A stretch of DNA of 59,921 nt, filler included, from Sphacelaria rigidula (lineage: Eukaryota): NCBI GenBank assembly GCA_964200075.2. It is 3 parts of 3 records of this genome, joined end to end, with 100 filler letters (N's around TTAATTAATTAA, not from the genome) between each part and the next. Parts side by side here need not be neighbours in the genome. Positions count along the whole stretch, not along the records: positions 40,022 to 59,921 come from CAXNAA020000591.1; 2 more parts are not named here. The stretch is one strand, 5' to 3'. The position numbers and the translations under genes are program-made. Positions 40,022 through 54,200 of the stretch are shown piece after piece. Under the pieces are notes generated by a model that saw only the letters and a list, made by a program, of their open reading frames with translations, had not been told where the DNA came from and ran no database searches. Numbering within the stretch: the first letter of the stretch is position 1; the number at the start of each line of letters is the position of its first letter.

Positions 40022-40600
40022 GCGAGAACCCGGCGTGCTCCGTCCCAGCTTTGTAGGGATGCGAGGTCAATTATCTTATGACTATGGCAAGCATGATCAT
40101 AAGTACCCCCTCACTCCCCCTTGAGGGTTGGCGTCGGTTGGCATCGATGACGTTTAACACCCCACTCATCTCGTAAGCTAGGCAACGAGGTTTCATCAGG
40201 ATTGTTTCGGTTGCGAGTTTTTGCGGTAACCGTGACGGTGGTCGAGCTAGAACACCTCATGCGGGGTGGAGAACCTCAACTCCACGCAAAGGGGATGATC
40301 TACGACGTAGTATTTACATGGTAAGCCGCGCATGAGGCAGTGCGTAACCGGCGGCTGTATCTGGAAGTGGCGACACCAGAAAATGAAGCAACTCATTGTA
40401 GGCTGTCATACCATGTGCAAGATGATCAGTGGGCTTCACGCTGAACAATCCTAGCAGGATGCAGCTAACCCTTCATGCAACTCGCCGAACACATCATGGC
40501 GCTTTGATTGCGAGCCTTGCCCGGCGGAGACCCGGCGTGCTTCGGTCCGCTCCTGGCTTTGTATGGATGCGAGGTCAATGGTTTTATGACTGTAGCATAC
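40022..40600 (+). repeat. Two adjacent family-2 repeat pieces (a 3' end, then a longer partial copy)
   Basis: 40022-40120 matches the family-2 3' end; 40124-40600 matches 56800-57280. Confidence 0.75.
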
Positions 40601-42142
40601 AAGAAGCCCGTTCGACTGACGTTCAGGCTAGTGACCTGGGCGCTCAAGGCATTGAAGAATTGTCTTTTTCAGAAATCTCGAGGCAAAAAGACTAGATGCA
40701 TGAGGTTGAATCCTCCAATAGGCTAATGCATTTACATGCACGCGTCAACCAAGTCGTGCCTTGTACATCGCGTCTCAAACCCTTCGTTATTGTAGTGGAT
40801 TATGACGCTGACTACGTACGTATGAATTGCTGTTTCTCCAACCCCAAGATCTGTGGGGAACACTGCTTTTTCTGCTCGATGACGCATGGTCGATGGACAT
40901 AACGAGATGACGAGTCGTTCTCCATAATATAGCTCTGACTTCCCCCCCTTCGACCCACAATCATCACACCCCCCTCTTTCGTAGTAATGCAGGGGAACTT
41001 TATATATTTTGTACATCAAATTATTTCTGATTGGCGCTATTCTCGTGAACAAGAACGAGTGTGCTCTCTCACCTAGTCGCGATATGATGACGACAAACGT
41101 TCTCTTCCCCGAATCCACCTTGCACTACGCCGTGATATTTCGTCTCGCCCCTGTGCTAATAGTTAACCCACCCGCTTTGATCGTACTGCGGGTTAATATG
41201 ACAAAACGTTGTTCATATGACCCTCTAGGTAAAATGCTGATTTTTTCCTGCTCCTTTCCCCTCCCTTTTTTGTTTCTTTTCTCCCTATTTTCTCTTATAT
41301 GCCGAAGAACACGCTTCCCGAACGCCTACCGAGGCTGTGTCGACGTGATGTTGTCTCACTGAAAACGAAAGGTCCGCTCCCAACCATGGCGAACTTTCGC
41401 TCCCAACTCTGATCACGCAGTAAGATATTCTTCACAATACCCTCGAAACCGCCGTGGTACTTTTCTGCCCCTTTTCTTTTCACTTTGCGTGTAATTATCT
41501 CATCAAACGTTTCACTTAGTGTTATTCAAACAGTGAGATGTTTGTGAGCCCCAAAAACAAGCGTGTAGCTTTCCGTTGTCCTTTGTGTTGTTGCCCCCGC
41601 CACAGTAGTCTGACGACCGGAAACCTCGGCGTTTTGGGAAGGGCACAAATGTCATGCCCTAGCAGGTGTCTGGTACGTAATTTACGGTGATCATGCTTGT
41701 CTGCTTCGCAGGCGCGGGGAGACGGCCTCTCGCACAAACTGTAACATATCGTGACTTCACCGACCCCTGCCTCCACGAGACGGATTTTGAACCGTACTTC
41801 CTGTCACTACTTTCGCACCTACCAGGTATCCTGTAAGGACCACGAGGGATAAGAGACGGCACAACGTGTGTTTGCGGACAAACCACCTGTCCAAACCTTG
41901 CGCGTTCGTCCAGTTCCAATAGTTCCCCCGGGCTTTCCACATTTCACGAACTACCTATCCAGACTAGGGAACCTACCTAACGACCTGAACCAACCAACCG
42001 AATAAACAGTACCACTCTTCAGTATTCTTCCTCGTGTTCGTAAAGTGCCCAACGTAAGTTTTGCGCCGCGCCCGCCTCCGTCACGCGCCTCTCCCTGCCG
42101 TCTGATCGCCCTCGCTACCGCAACACCACGCACCGTGCGAAG

Positions 42143-45100
42143 GTTTGCTTCCGTCCGGTGGCGATGATGGTTCCCAACTACGCCCTGATCGCCGAGATTA
42201 TGCTCTTCGCCGAAGGGTTTGCCGACGCCAAGACGCTGTCCCGCAAGATGTGCAAGTTGTATATCCTGTGCTCCGAGCAGCTCAGCCAGCAGCCTCACTA
42301 CGATTACGGCCTGAGGGTGATGACAAGAAAACATTACGATTCAATTTACTTCCTTGCGATTTCCGAGGGTGACTTACCTGTGGTGCTAGTGGGGCTACGG
42401 TGCCGTCGCCGGCGTGTACGAGCGCGGGAGTTTGTAGTCTACTCGTTTCATCGGTGACGCCGCACGGCCTTTCAGAGCATCGTGTGGTGGAGAAAGCCAT
42501 GTGTTTTTTTTCTAGTGATCGCTCTTGCATTTCTCGTCTTTGCCCTCGATTTGGAGATTAGTGGATTGGAACGCGTCGTGGTGGAGTGGTGTATCGCCTT
42601 AACTTTTGTGTCTCGGTCCCGTTGTCGTTCCTGTGAGGGGTGTGTACCCACCAACCAAACGCCGAGTAGACTTTGTATAAAGTGCGATCTTTTATAGCAA
42701 GGACAAAGTATTGGTGCGGAAGAACGCCTGTTCATTTTTTTCAACTCCGGTATGATGCAATACACCACTTATTCAGAAACGGTCGGAGCATAAACAAAAC
42801 ATAAATGATCACGGAGAGGAAGAGATTCAGACGGAGCCACCTTTATGTTCAATACTCGGGCTGCGAAGCTCCTGGGGATTGTTCCGCAGAAAGCCAAGTA
42901 CCTAACAGTATCACAGCGGCACAATATATGGGAAAATAATGATTACCTTGGAGGCCAAGGGTTTCCCGGAGAAGAACACACACTCGTAGGCTACCTTCTT
43001 ACCCGTACCTCGTGATCTGTGTGTGTGTGCGGGTCTGTCGATATGTATGAATAATCAGGCGGTCAAGTCCGTATTGGTCATGGCGGGATCCCTGAAGCGA
43101 GGATACCCGGATGTGGATGAAGATCTGACGCTGATCCGCGCCTTAGTCGACTCCAACGTACCCAAGTTCTTGGCGGACGACCTTCCCCTCTTTGCTGCAA
43201 TCGTGAAGGTGATATTCTTGGTCCTGCCTGTAGATTTGTCTCTCTGGCCTGTGGGAAGCAACGCGCATACCGTCTCCAAGCACGAGCCACCTTCCAAGTA
43301 TTCTGCACCAGGTAAAAAAGCGTTGTCAGCACTACTGCAGAAGATACCACAACCATTCATTGCAAAAACTTCAGCACGACGTTATGACCCGACACTAAAT
43401 GTGTGTATCTGCATTGCTGTGTAGGAAAGTTGAAATCAATCTCAGGCTGTGTGCCGTGGGTTTTCACTCACACTCACCCGCGATTTTGCCGGTGAAACAA
43501 TGTCGGAAAATGTCTACACCGTGCTCTCTGGGGCATATTGGCACTCAAGCACGCCTGACAATGTCGTAGAACAGCGTTGACGTTTCGGGGACTGCCTTCT
43601 CGGAGTCAGAAGTGTTCTTAATGCACAACAAGGCCTACTTGCTTGTGCACGAAAATATTGTCTGAGATCGACTGAGGTGTTTTTCAGTAAACCCTTCCCC
43701 CTTCCGCCACCCAAGTTTACCCTAGCCCTAAGCAAAGTGTCAACTCAATCCTACCACACCGTTGGCTTTGCTCTTATGTAAAGTCGTAAGTAGTAACGCT
43801 CTTACATACCGTAACCATTTTTTGCGCGGATCCTGTATTTTCCTCTGCGCGAATGTGTTTTGTGCCAACGCGATTTTGTTTTCGTGCAGGATCTGTTTCC
43901 GGGGTTGGAAGTGCCCTCGAACGACTACGGAGAATTCAGCGTTGCGCTGGATGAACAGCTCGATAAGCACGGCTTGCAGAAGGTGGTGACCACGTTTTCG
44001 TACGAAAATTCCTGCCTTTTGCTCTTCGCATCTCTTCGCCTTTCGAACGCATGGCTAATTAATCCTTTTGGAACTCATTGACGATTTTTGGTTTCGTGAA
44101 TCGGCATCAATTCCCGTCATTTTCAAGTCAAAATAGTGCCGATTCACAAGAACGAAAATCGTCAATGGGTTCCCAAAGGGTTAGTTAAACGGGTCTGCTC
44201 ATATAAAAAACGCGCACACTTGAATATATATATATATATATTGTGTGTATATCTATGTACATGCCATTTTCGCGCCCAAACATCGTGTATCGAGCAGACG
44301 ATTTGCTGACACACGCCGGGAACGGGGGAAATGCTCATGGTACCGTCTCGTGTTAACGGATGCGTTTCGAAAATTGTCGCATTTCTTGGAACATTCCGTT
44401 CTTGAACGTACATATCTAAACCGCTTCCCCTTGGAACACGACGGAAACGAAGAGTTTCAGTGCTTCATCACATCTGCAACGGTACACTGTATCCTGTCAT
44501 TGGTATTTCGAGCGAATCAACAGTAAAGGTTCATGGAAACAATATGGTGGATTCTCAAGCCGGTGATCCGCCGCGTAGTGAGGGAGTGAGCAGAAAATCC
44601 ACGATTTTACTTCATTTCAGGCTCTTTTTTTTCACATACCCTGTGGGAACGGAAGTTTTTCGTCGTCGCATAAAACAATAATGTGTATTTTCCCATGTTT
44701 GGTCGTTACAATGCACACAAAGTATCCATAGTGTATTGCGCGGCGTGCGCTCGGTGTACACGAGTCGCCCGAAAAATTGCAAAACCTTCTCTGCATATTT
44801 CTCTGCCTACACATTTGAGTATGTGGCTGAGAACCCAGCTGGGCGATCAGTTCACACATGAGTGTTCTGTCGAAGGACGTAAAGTATCACAAGGTGTCTA
44901 GTATGACACGTCGAAAATTGACTCGCACGTGGCCAGGACCAGAGATTGGCGGTGTGCTTCTATCATAAAGCACACCGGGCATGCTCAAGAAACATGTCGT
45001 GTCCTTTGCGCACGCATATACTGCCGTCATAACCCCCTGAGAAGGATACACACTGAGATAACAACAAAGAGGTAACTCCCCGGTATGTCGCCGGCAATAG

Positions 45101-45186
45101 ATGACGCCGTAACCTTTCAGTTTCAATTCCCCCCCCAAAATGGCACGCTGGGGAATATCCCAACACGTTTTCGCATGAATGTTTCG

Positions 45187-45256
<70 letters not shown>

Positions 45257-48200
45257 GTGCCCCGATGCTATATTTTTGGTACGCATTATGGATGGTCATT
45301 TGTCCGCCTATTGGCACACACATATTTACCCGTACGACCTAAATGCCTGATCACGTGGACACGCGACGCGACAACACTCAACTGCTACGGTAATCCCAAC
45401 AACCAGAACAGGTGCCCCTGTTCATCGGGAAGATCATCCAGATGTTCGACGTTTTCAACATCCGATTCGGCGCCACACTGGTCGGTCCCACGGGAGCGGG
45501 AAAAACCACGTGCTACCGGATGCTGGCTGCCGTCATGACAGACCTGAGGAACAAGGGTTCCACCAACCCAGAATTTCAGGTGAGATACGCCATTTTTCTA
45601 TTTCTTGTATCTTCGCCCTCCGGGCATCTAATCTCAGAGCAGCCTAACGAGTGATACTTCGCGTCTCTGGTCGCCGATGCAAGTCTTTTCGTCCCACGTG
45701 CTGAGCTTGTAGGTGGCACGGGAATGCTCCGTGCGGCGGTAGACCGCTAAATGTATTTTCCTGGGCCAGCGAATCAACACAAGGCGATTTACACTATTGT
45801 AGATGGAGTAGAATGTCTGCAGGTACGTGCAGCACTGATTACCCGAGGGCTGAGTGTTGTTTTGTTATTAATTCTCGGACGATGCATCAATACATCTCTC
45901 TATCTTCGACCCTCGTGGTGTATCGTACCTGACATACGTGTACATTTTACACACAGGTATGCTTATATTAAGCGACTATATTGTATCGCATCTGTGTGAT
46001 TTGATTTCTAGGTCATATTTTATTTTTGACTTTCTTCTACCCCATTTCAGGGGTGGTCAGCCTGTGACCACAGAAGGCGTCCGCATCCGATGCCCAGTAC
46101 AGAGTACTGCGTAGATATCGGAACGATTTTTAATATGAAGACAACAACAACATTTCGGAAATGAGGTTGAATATTGAAATGAGTTTCAACTACCGAATAG
46201 TGCTCTTCCTGGCCTAGAGTCATGACAAATGACTTTCATATGGACGACCTCATGCCCCCCGACTTCCCTCATACTCTTTCAGGGGTTTTCCCGTCTTCCG
46301 TTTCCCCAAAGGGTATGGACCCTCATCGGGCTAGAACCGTTCCTTTCCTCACCCCGAAATCGAGGCAAAACGGTGCTTTCCCCAATACTAGTGTGAGGGA
46401 GGTCGGGGGGCATGACGTCGTCCATGTGGAAGTCTTTTGTTATGACTTTAGGTCAGGGAAGGCACCGTTCAAGCGATAGAAAACTTATATGAACCCTTTT
46501 GGGACCGGACTCCTACTAACCAGGAGTACTTTTGTTTGCACGCAGGGGGCGTTTGCGAATCGGTCATCATTTTCGGTCGTTTTCGAGTGAAAACAAATGA
46601 TGCCGATGCACGATAGGCTCTCATCCTCGGGCATTCCACTCCAGTCCCACAAGGGTTCATGATCAATCTCTTTTGCGAAGATAGTCTCTCTATTACCGAC
46701 CACCCTTGTCCTGTGATGGCTTCCCTGAAGAAAGGTTTCATTTGGATGAATTGCAGCATTTCCCCCGAACTGCGATGCACCACGGCGCAGCATTTCTTCC
46801 GGAAACTCTGCCTGTGATCAAGCACAGCGCAGCATTTTTTTCCGTCTGCATAATCGGAAATTCCCAACTGTCCGTTGCGCTGTCCGGGATCATTTTTACT
46901 GCTATCGGGTGCAGCGCGGCCTCCAACAAACTTGGGAGCTCAGCCGTCCCACTGGCGTTGTTTGATCGCTACATTAGGTTGACCTTTCCGGGTGGCGGTC
47001 AACTCGAGGTCGCCCTCTGTTCATCAGCCATCTTTCATGAACTGAAGCTGTGTCACTACGGCCTAGTCGTATACGCAAGAACAAGTCTTTACCCTCCAAC
47101 ATTGAATGACCCATAGGGCGCTTCTGGAGAAAAACTACAAGGTCGTGTCTCAGGGTACGAAGATCCAGAAATGCGTGATGGTGTAGGCGTCCGACGGGGG
47201 GGGTGTTCCCCCCACGTGTGCCTCTCCCTCCCGACTTTGAGGTTGAGATACAGGTGATGAACTGTTGTATCCTGTATGCATCTCCCATGTGTATCATATT
47301 CCTTTCCGATACAAACTAATGCAGGTGGTGAAATATGAAGTGCTGAACCCCAAGTGCATCACGATGGGGGAGCTTTACGGTGAGTTCAGCGCGCTGACAC
47401 AGGAATGGCACGACGGACTCGCGTCCACAATCATGCGGAGGGCTGTGGCGGATGAAGGAGATCACAGAAGGTTAGCTTAACGAGGAAAGGGAGACATCTA
47501 CACAAGACACGATATTCTGTCTCGTTGTTTCGTCGATAACTCTAGTGCTACTGTTGTACTTGGGCATATCGTCTCCAGTTCTACTAAAAAGAGAAGTTCA
47601 CAGACTCCAACAGTTTCATCTCGAAATAATTAGTTCTCCGTGGGATCGCACTCCAGTTCAGACCGTGCTATGGTCTGTCAATCGGAGAATAAAGGTGCCA
47701 TGTCAACGAATTTCGTCCCGCTTGTTGAAATCTCCTTGCGGATGCGTATTTTTGGTGGTACCGCGACCATTTTCAAATGGATGCTGCAGCCTGTATATAT
47801 TCACGTATGTGGAACCAACACCGCATGGCGGTCTGCTAGTGTCGAGTGCGAATCAGGATAGCTAGGTTAGAAAGGAAAAGGTTTCCAGCGTTCCCCATCT
47901 GGTTGTGAGCATAGATATATAATGTCCCATGCCGTCGGCGTTTCTCTACTGATGCTGTGGACTTGTTGAATCATAACCTGACTCTCAACCCACATACTGC
48001 TACACTACTTTTACTCGAAACAAAAGTGACCTTTGCTCCTGTCGAAGGCCCCGTCCCGATTTTTACGGTGTACCATGCCGCTGTTGAACCCCGCCCGAAC
48101 GCGTTGAAGGTGGACGGTCTTCGATGGACCGATCGATGCTCTGTGGATTGAAAACATGAACACCGTGCTGGATGACAACATGACCCTCTGCCTCGCTAAC

Positions 48201-51200
48201 GGAGAGCGAATAAAGCTTATGGTGAGCAATCAAAGACAGTAGGCAGGGCATCAAGTAGAGCGAGAAGAGCACGACAATGCTGAGGCAGTTGAGAGGGGAG
48301 AATAACGGTGCACTCGAGAGTTAGCGTAGCAACCATTGTGAGAGCGGAATCGTGAAATCCTCCCGTGAGGTCATTTTAGGATGACTTCTATGATCCGGCT
48401 TTTTCCTGCGTGCTGGTTGCTTGCCAGGTCGAGGAACTTACTTTTGTTCTTCAGCACGCGATTAAATGTGATCGCCGTGTACCCACCTCACAAGGCGCAG
48501 CGCCTATCGGTATAATGTTTATCCTCGTCGATGTTCCCCGGACGGAGCGATGGTTTAGCCCGTCGCAGATGCCAAACGTATGGTTTCAGAGGTTCTAATT
48601 CTGAAGTTCACCATGCGGTTTTTGTGTAAGGGGCATCTAAGAAACGTCTAGGGCCCCCGAGGAGATGCCTTCGGGCGTCTACGAGAAGACTCGGAACGTC
48701 TAAGGAACGACGAGGGGCGTCCAAGGGATGAGTAAGGACAAGCAAAAAAGAGAGAGCATTTGCGCAGGACAAAGCACATAGGCCATGGACTCAGGAACGC
48801 CCGACGTGCTTTAGATTGTCTCGCGAGGAGCTTGACAAATACGCAAGGGCGTGTATGTGGTGTCGCTCATGGCTGCGTTGGTCTATGAACTTCATCAGTC
48901 AAGACGTTTATACTCTTAGCAGCGCAAGCAGCGTATAGAGCGGATGTGGTATCCTGTGGGGTGTTAGTCAAGAAAATTAAAAAACAATACACCTTAAAAG
49001 ACTTATACTTCTGATTGTAGAGTGTCAGAAGCGTTTTGTTCTTCTATATATATATATATATATGTATATACCGTACTCAGTAGGGTACCGCAACGCGTTT
49101 GTGACGCGTCGCGCGCCGAGATTTCGAAAGAGCTGGGCCGTTATATTTTGAATGCTTCGAGAATATGACCGAAAAACCGACAGGCGTTCGCATTTTTTCC
49201 GAAAACCCCCCCGGGAATGCAGCACCGAAAAACAGACGAGGGGGCGTGTTTACCGCATATACCGGTTGACTAGGTGGTGGAAAACTCTTCCCAACCGTCT
49301 CTCGAGAGCGCTGTGAGACTCGTGGGGTGCTGGCTCATCCTTAGACACTTCCATGAAGCCCATCGACCTACGTCATATACTCGACGCGTCCTTCATCAGA
49401 AAGGGATACAGACGCGTATTTAGAGGTGTCAAAGGAGATCGCACAAAGCTCATAGCCACTACAGGTTCAAGTCTACGCCGCAAGAACTTCTCCGTTCACC
49501 GAGCATTTGATGGCATGACCTCTCGTAATCCGAACCCGTGCTACCGTAGCTTTTGCGGTGGTGGCGAGCTCAGTCCGGTCTCCCAGATTTTCGTTGCTGC
49601 TGTTCTGCTTTTCAAAATGCTGTTGCTTGAGTTTTATTGACGCAACAGCTGCCTCTGCTTTCACACCGGCGTTCATGTTGAATCAATCGAGGCCCACGAT
49701 GTGTGTACTGAGTGTCAGCACTGCATTTTCCGAGCTGTCGGAATGTAGTTGCCTGCTTGTGAGGTGCACCGGGGTTGAATCTTGCTTGCCGTTCGTGCCT
49801 ACTCTTGTGTCTCTGTGCTCTTGCGTTTCAGAAATAGTTGTGTGCATCGATATGCAGTGCGGAAAAACTGACCGTGGAAAACCGCTCCTGTCGACAGTCG
49901 GAGACATAAGCTGCAACTCCAATAACAGATGCTCTGTGTACCAGCTAACCCCTGAGTCGTAGTGGAACAATTTCTTGGGTGTCGTCGGAGTTGTGTGTCT
50001 TGCGCGTCTAGAGTGCAGGAAAAGCAAGTTTTTCGAAACCACCCCTCCTTTGCAAACCTCTGGACGTGGCGATACCAGAAAATAAAGCAACTCATTTTAG
50101 GCTGTCATCCATATGCAAGATAATCAGTAAGCTTCGGGTCGAATAAACTTAGCAAGATGCAGCTCGCCCTTCATGCGACTCGTCAAACATATCACGGCGC
50201 TCCGCACCTGTTGAATACGAGCCTGGTCCGGCGGAAGCTCGGCGTGCTCCGTCCCGGCTTTGTAGAGATGCGAGGTGAATGGTCCCATGACTACGGCATG
50301 AAAGATCATGAGTACACCTCCCACCCCCGTCTGCAACCTAAGTGTACCCCCCCGCCAACTGTCCGCCCAACACCCGCAAAGTACTTTATGCTGTGCACAG
50401 ATAAGACAACGCCAGTGATATTTAGCGCCACTAAGCTAAGCACGCCGAAAATGCTACCACGTTCGTTTGTGTTTTTGTTCTGCGTCGAACAAGTTCTGTT
50501 TCCTTCACTCGCGTTTGAAGAATACATCGGATGCTTTCCTCATCGTGCTACCACCTCGTCCACTAAGTTGAAAACTTGCGGTAAAGGTTTCTCAGCGTTA
50601 GCGTGTAAGTTGTTTTTGTCGCCTACGTTCACCATCGTCTACTCGCAGCTTGCCTTCTGGGTGTAAATTATGACGATGCTCACTCGCGTCTCGATGCTTC
50701 TCGATCGATATGTTGATCGATCTTGTCCACAGGACACGTGGTAATACTTTCGCTCATATGTTTTCGTCTAATCGGTGTCAAGAAATGTGGAAATGAAAAA
50801 ACAAGACCATGTAATAATAATCATCAACCGCCCTCCTTTTGTTTTCCGCTTGATCACGAACACGCACGTACTATTGCACCACGTATACTGTGGCGTATGC
50901 TCCTCTGTCGACCTCGCCCCTGATCGAAAAGGAATCTTCCACTCCTATTAGCCCACACCACTTCGTCATCACACACACACACACACACACACACACGGAT
51001 TGACACGAAGGTGATGTGCGCGGGTGGAGATGGTGGATCTTACTTCTCAATACACAGGGAGTGAGAGTCAATCAATCCACCAATGCATTCAATGAGTAAT
51101 CGACCAAGCGATCAATACATCTGTCCCGTTGAATCGTCGGAATGACCTGGATCACAGACATGGAAACGTTGGTCAACTTTGCTCTTGACCGCTCACTACA

Positions 51201-54200
51201 CAGATAGAGATGAAGATGCTGTTCGAGGTGATGGATTTGGCCGTGGCTTCTCCCGCCACCGTAAGCCGCATCGGCGTTATCTACATGACCCCGTCCAATC
51301 TCGGTTGGATGCCGTACGTGCAGAGCTGGGTGAGCACGGCGCGGCGCCTCAGGGCACGCGCGCGACAAATGCGGTATAGTTCAAGCACCCCACTCCGACA
51401 CCTTATGTGGGCATGCAGGTGGCTAGAAACCCTTGGGTTGTAGGTCTCACCAGCATGAACGCTACGACGCCATTCTGCACAGTCCCGGCAGGATTATAAC
51501 TTTTCCAATATTCTAGCTGAGAGTACCGGATATCCGGCTGCTTTTGACAGCGTGTGTGTAGCCCACCTGTTCAACATTGCTAGTGACCGATATCCATTTA
51601 TAACATATAACATACATACTTCGAAGTATGTATATATATATATATATACTCGTCTGCTGCAGGCACCATAGTGTCTAGCTCTTCCCCCCGATCATAGAAA
51701 CAGTACTACCGTGTGCGACACTTCCCCCCCCCCTCTCCCCCAAACGACGACATTATTAAGGTGCCAACGGGCTTGCCGGAGGCGTTTCCAGCGACAGCAC
51801 GGCAGCACCTGCTAGGCTTATTCGAGTCTTGCGTACAGAAGGGCCTCGACTTTCAGCGGAAGCGGTGCGCGGAGCCCGTGTCGTGCGTCGACATTCAGCT
51901 GGTCACGTCGCTCTCCTTTATATTCCAGGCAAACGACAGTGAACAAGTTATTGACCTTGCTTGGAGTAAGAGGCAACGGTATATAGGCACATGCTCGGTA
52001 AAAGATTGGTGCGCAATGGATAGTATATTGTATAACGGATCGTCCCATTTGATCTCCGTGAGTTTTCGTTTTTCACATCAGTTGTAGCGCACTCTCGAAC
52101 CACCGCCTCTGCTTAGTGATTGAATTATTGTCAAAGTTGTCGGCGTTGGTGTCGAAGTAACGTTGCGATGGTCGTCAGCTCCTCACAAAGTTACGCGCCT
52201 TACTGATGACACTCAACCCGCCTTTTAGTTTCTCGGAGTGTTTTCCGTACTTCTGACGACTCTCCCCTGCTCGGGGCGAGTCCGCAAGGTCGATAAATCA
52301 ACACATCGCTCCCTCGATACCTCCCATGCGCTCCATGGATGGTGCCGTGGATCATGACGACCAGCACTCCGTATCGTGGATCATGGCGACCAGCACTCCC
52401 GCAGTTCGTCGATTTTCGTTGAATTGCATACAATAATAGCTGTGTTTCCATTTGTGGTGGTGAAGGGTACTTAGTACTGAGCTTTCATTTGCGGTGAAGG
52501 ACAATTATTACTGTGTTTTCGCTTGCGGGGAAGGACAATTTTAAGTGTATTTTCAATTGCGGCGAAGGAAAATTATTGGAGGACTTCAGTGGAGATTTGG
52601 GTTGTCCGAAATCCTCGAGTGAAGTCAATAGCGACCAAAATCAGCCTGTCCACTGGTTTCGCTCGACTTTCACAATGTCGCGGTTCTCGAAGAACAAACC
52701 GTTTGCCTGTTCTGCACTGTATGGCCGTGAGGGACACGGGCACCGGTATCAAAGGTACCGGCATACAGCGTTGATTGAATCAGTCAATCAAATCAACCAA
52801 ACGCTGCATGCCGGTACGTTTGATACCGGTGCACTCCAAGAATGCTTTTTCGGGGTCATCATTGGCCGAGAATAATGAAGTTATCGAACGCAGGGGAGGA
52901 ACAGCGACAGATGTATCCTCATCACTCTGAAAGCCCGTAGAAATGATTCATGCATGAGAGTATCCCACGTGACGAGAATGAGCTTCGGAATTTGTACTGT
53001 GAAGTTGACGTGTCTATCGTGGACACGGAAATATATATTTTGATATTCACTCTTCTGGCGAAGATCGCATCACTACCGTTCATGAACTCAAAGTCGGGAT
53101 TTCAACAAACAGTTTACAATCATCACCACGGTAAGTGTCGCCTATACCCTTCATAGGCTTCATGAATCCCCCCCCCCCCCACCCCCCTCGAAAATTGACA
53201 TCCGCTGTCTGCCCATGCACACCGAAAACAAACAGGCTTTACTAGCGAAGTCAACATCGGCCTTCAAGTTACCGGAAGCGGAGTTGAATGCCTACGTAGA
53301 CAAGCTGTTCGCTTTCAGTTTTGTCTGGTCCATCGCGGGAAGTGTCCAAGAGGACGGGTGAGTCGAGTACACCCCGCTTCCGTCGACTCCAACGCCACAG
53401 CGGTACGGGAGGCTCCCCCGAGCCCCGCTGGTGTGCACGTTTATAGAGTATCTGAACCACAATGTAGAACATGAGGGTCAGAGGCTGGACTCTATCGGTG
53501 ACGCTGGCAATGTTCAAAGTAGCGTATATATACATATATTGTGTCCTAGCCTTCCGAGATTGCTTGTTTGTGGGTATCCATGAAATTTCGAAAAATACTG
53601 CTGTGCTTCGGGGAGGACTACGGTTGGGGGTTACGGATAGGGCTGGATAACGGTCAGGGTTGATATCCCACGTAACTCCTGCACGCGGCATCATTCGCTT
53701 CGGTCACTTGGGTCCTTGAACCTGGATGTTTTACTTGCTACAGTTGGGATAGATGTGAGCCTGTATTAAGGTTCAATACCGCAGCTTCTTCTCGCAGCGC
53801 GTCGTTTGTTTCGGTGGGAACCCCTACACTTGCTCATCGAAAATTGCGCCTCCCGTGATCAATAATCTTCACCTCGCTTTGCTTGCCACACAGACTGGTC
53901 GTCGTGTCTCTTGACGTTAACTTCTACCAAGGGTTCAGTATCACCACGCTTACCGCCGCATCTTTGCTGGGGAAAACAACAGCCCGATGGCTTCCCAGAA
54001 CTATGCTACGCCCATAACTCAAGCCCCGCCGCCCTTCGATGTTGAAGCAATTCCTGGTTGCCCACCGAAACTGCAGAACATGTGAACTCCACGTGGCGAT
54101 CTTTCCCGCGCGGACGGATTGTTTCCTGTAGGCCTTAGCTACTTTCATGACTCCGTGACCCTGCGTTTGTTTCAGAAACCCTGCTCCGTAGCAGCAGATC

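Noticed and set aside
39645-40120. Family-2 repeat apparently continuing across the second spacer, suggesting real adjacency
   Set aside because: Contigs commonly break in abundant repeats. The membrane gene lacks its 3' end and the dynein lacks its whole N-terminal part, so the pieces are very unlikely to be adjacent.
44963-45538. PolyV/L/S/Y ORFs
   Set aside because: Translations of the (TAC)22 microsatellite.
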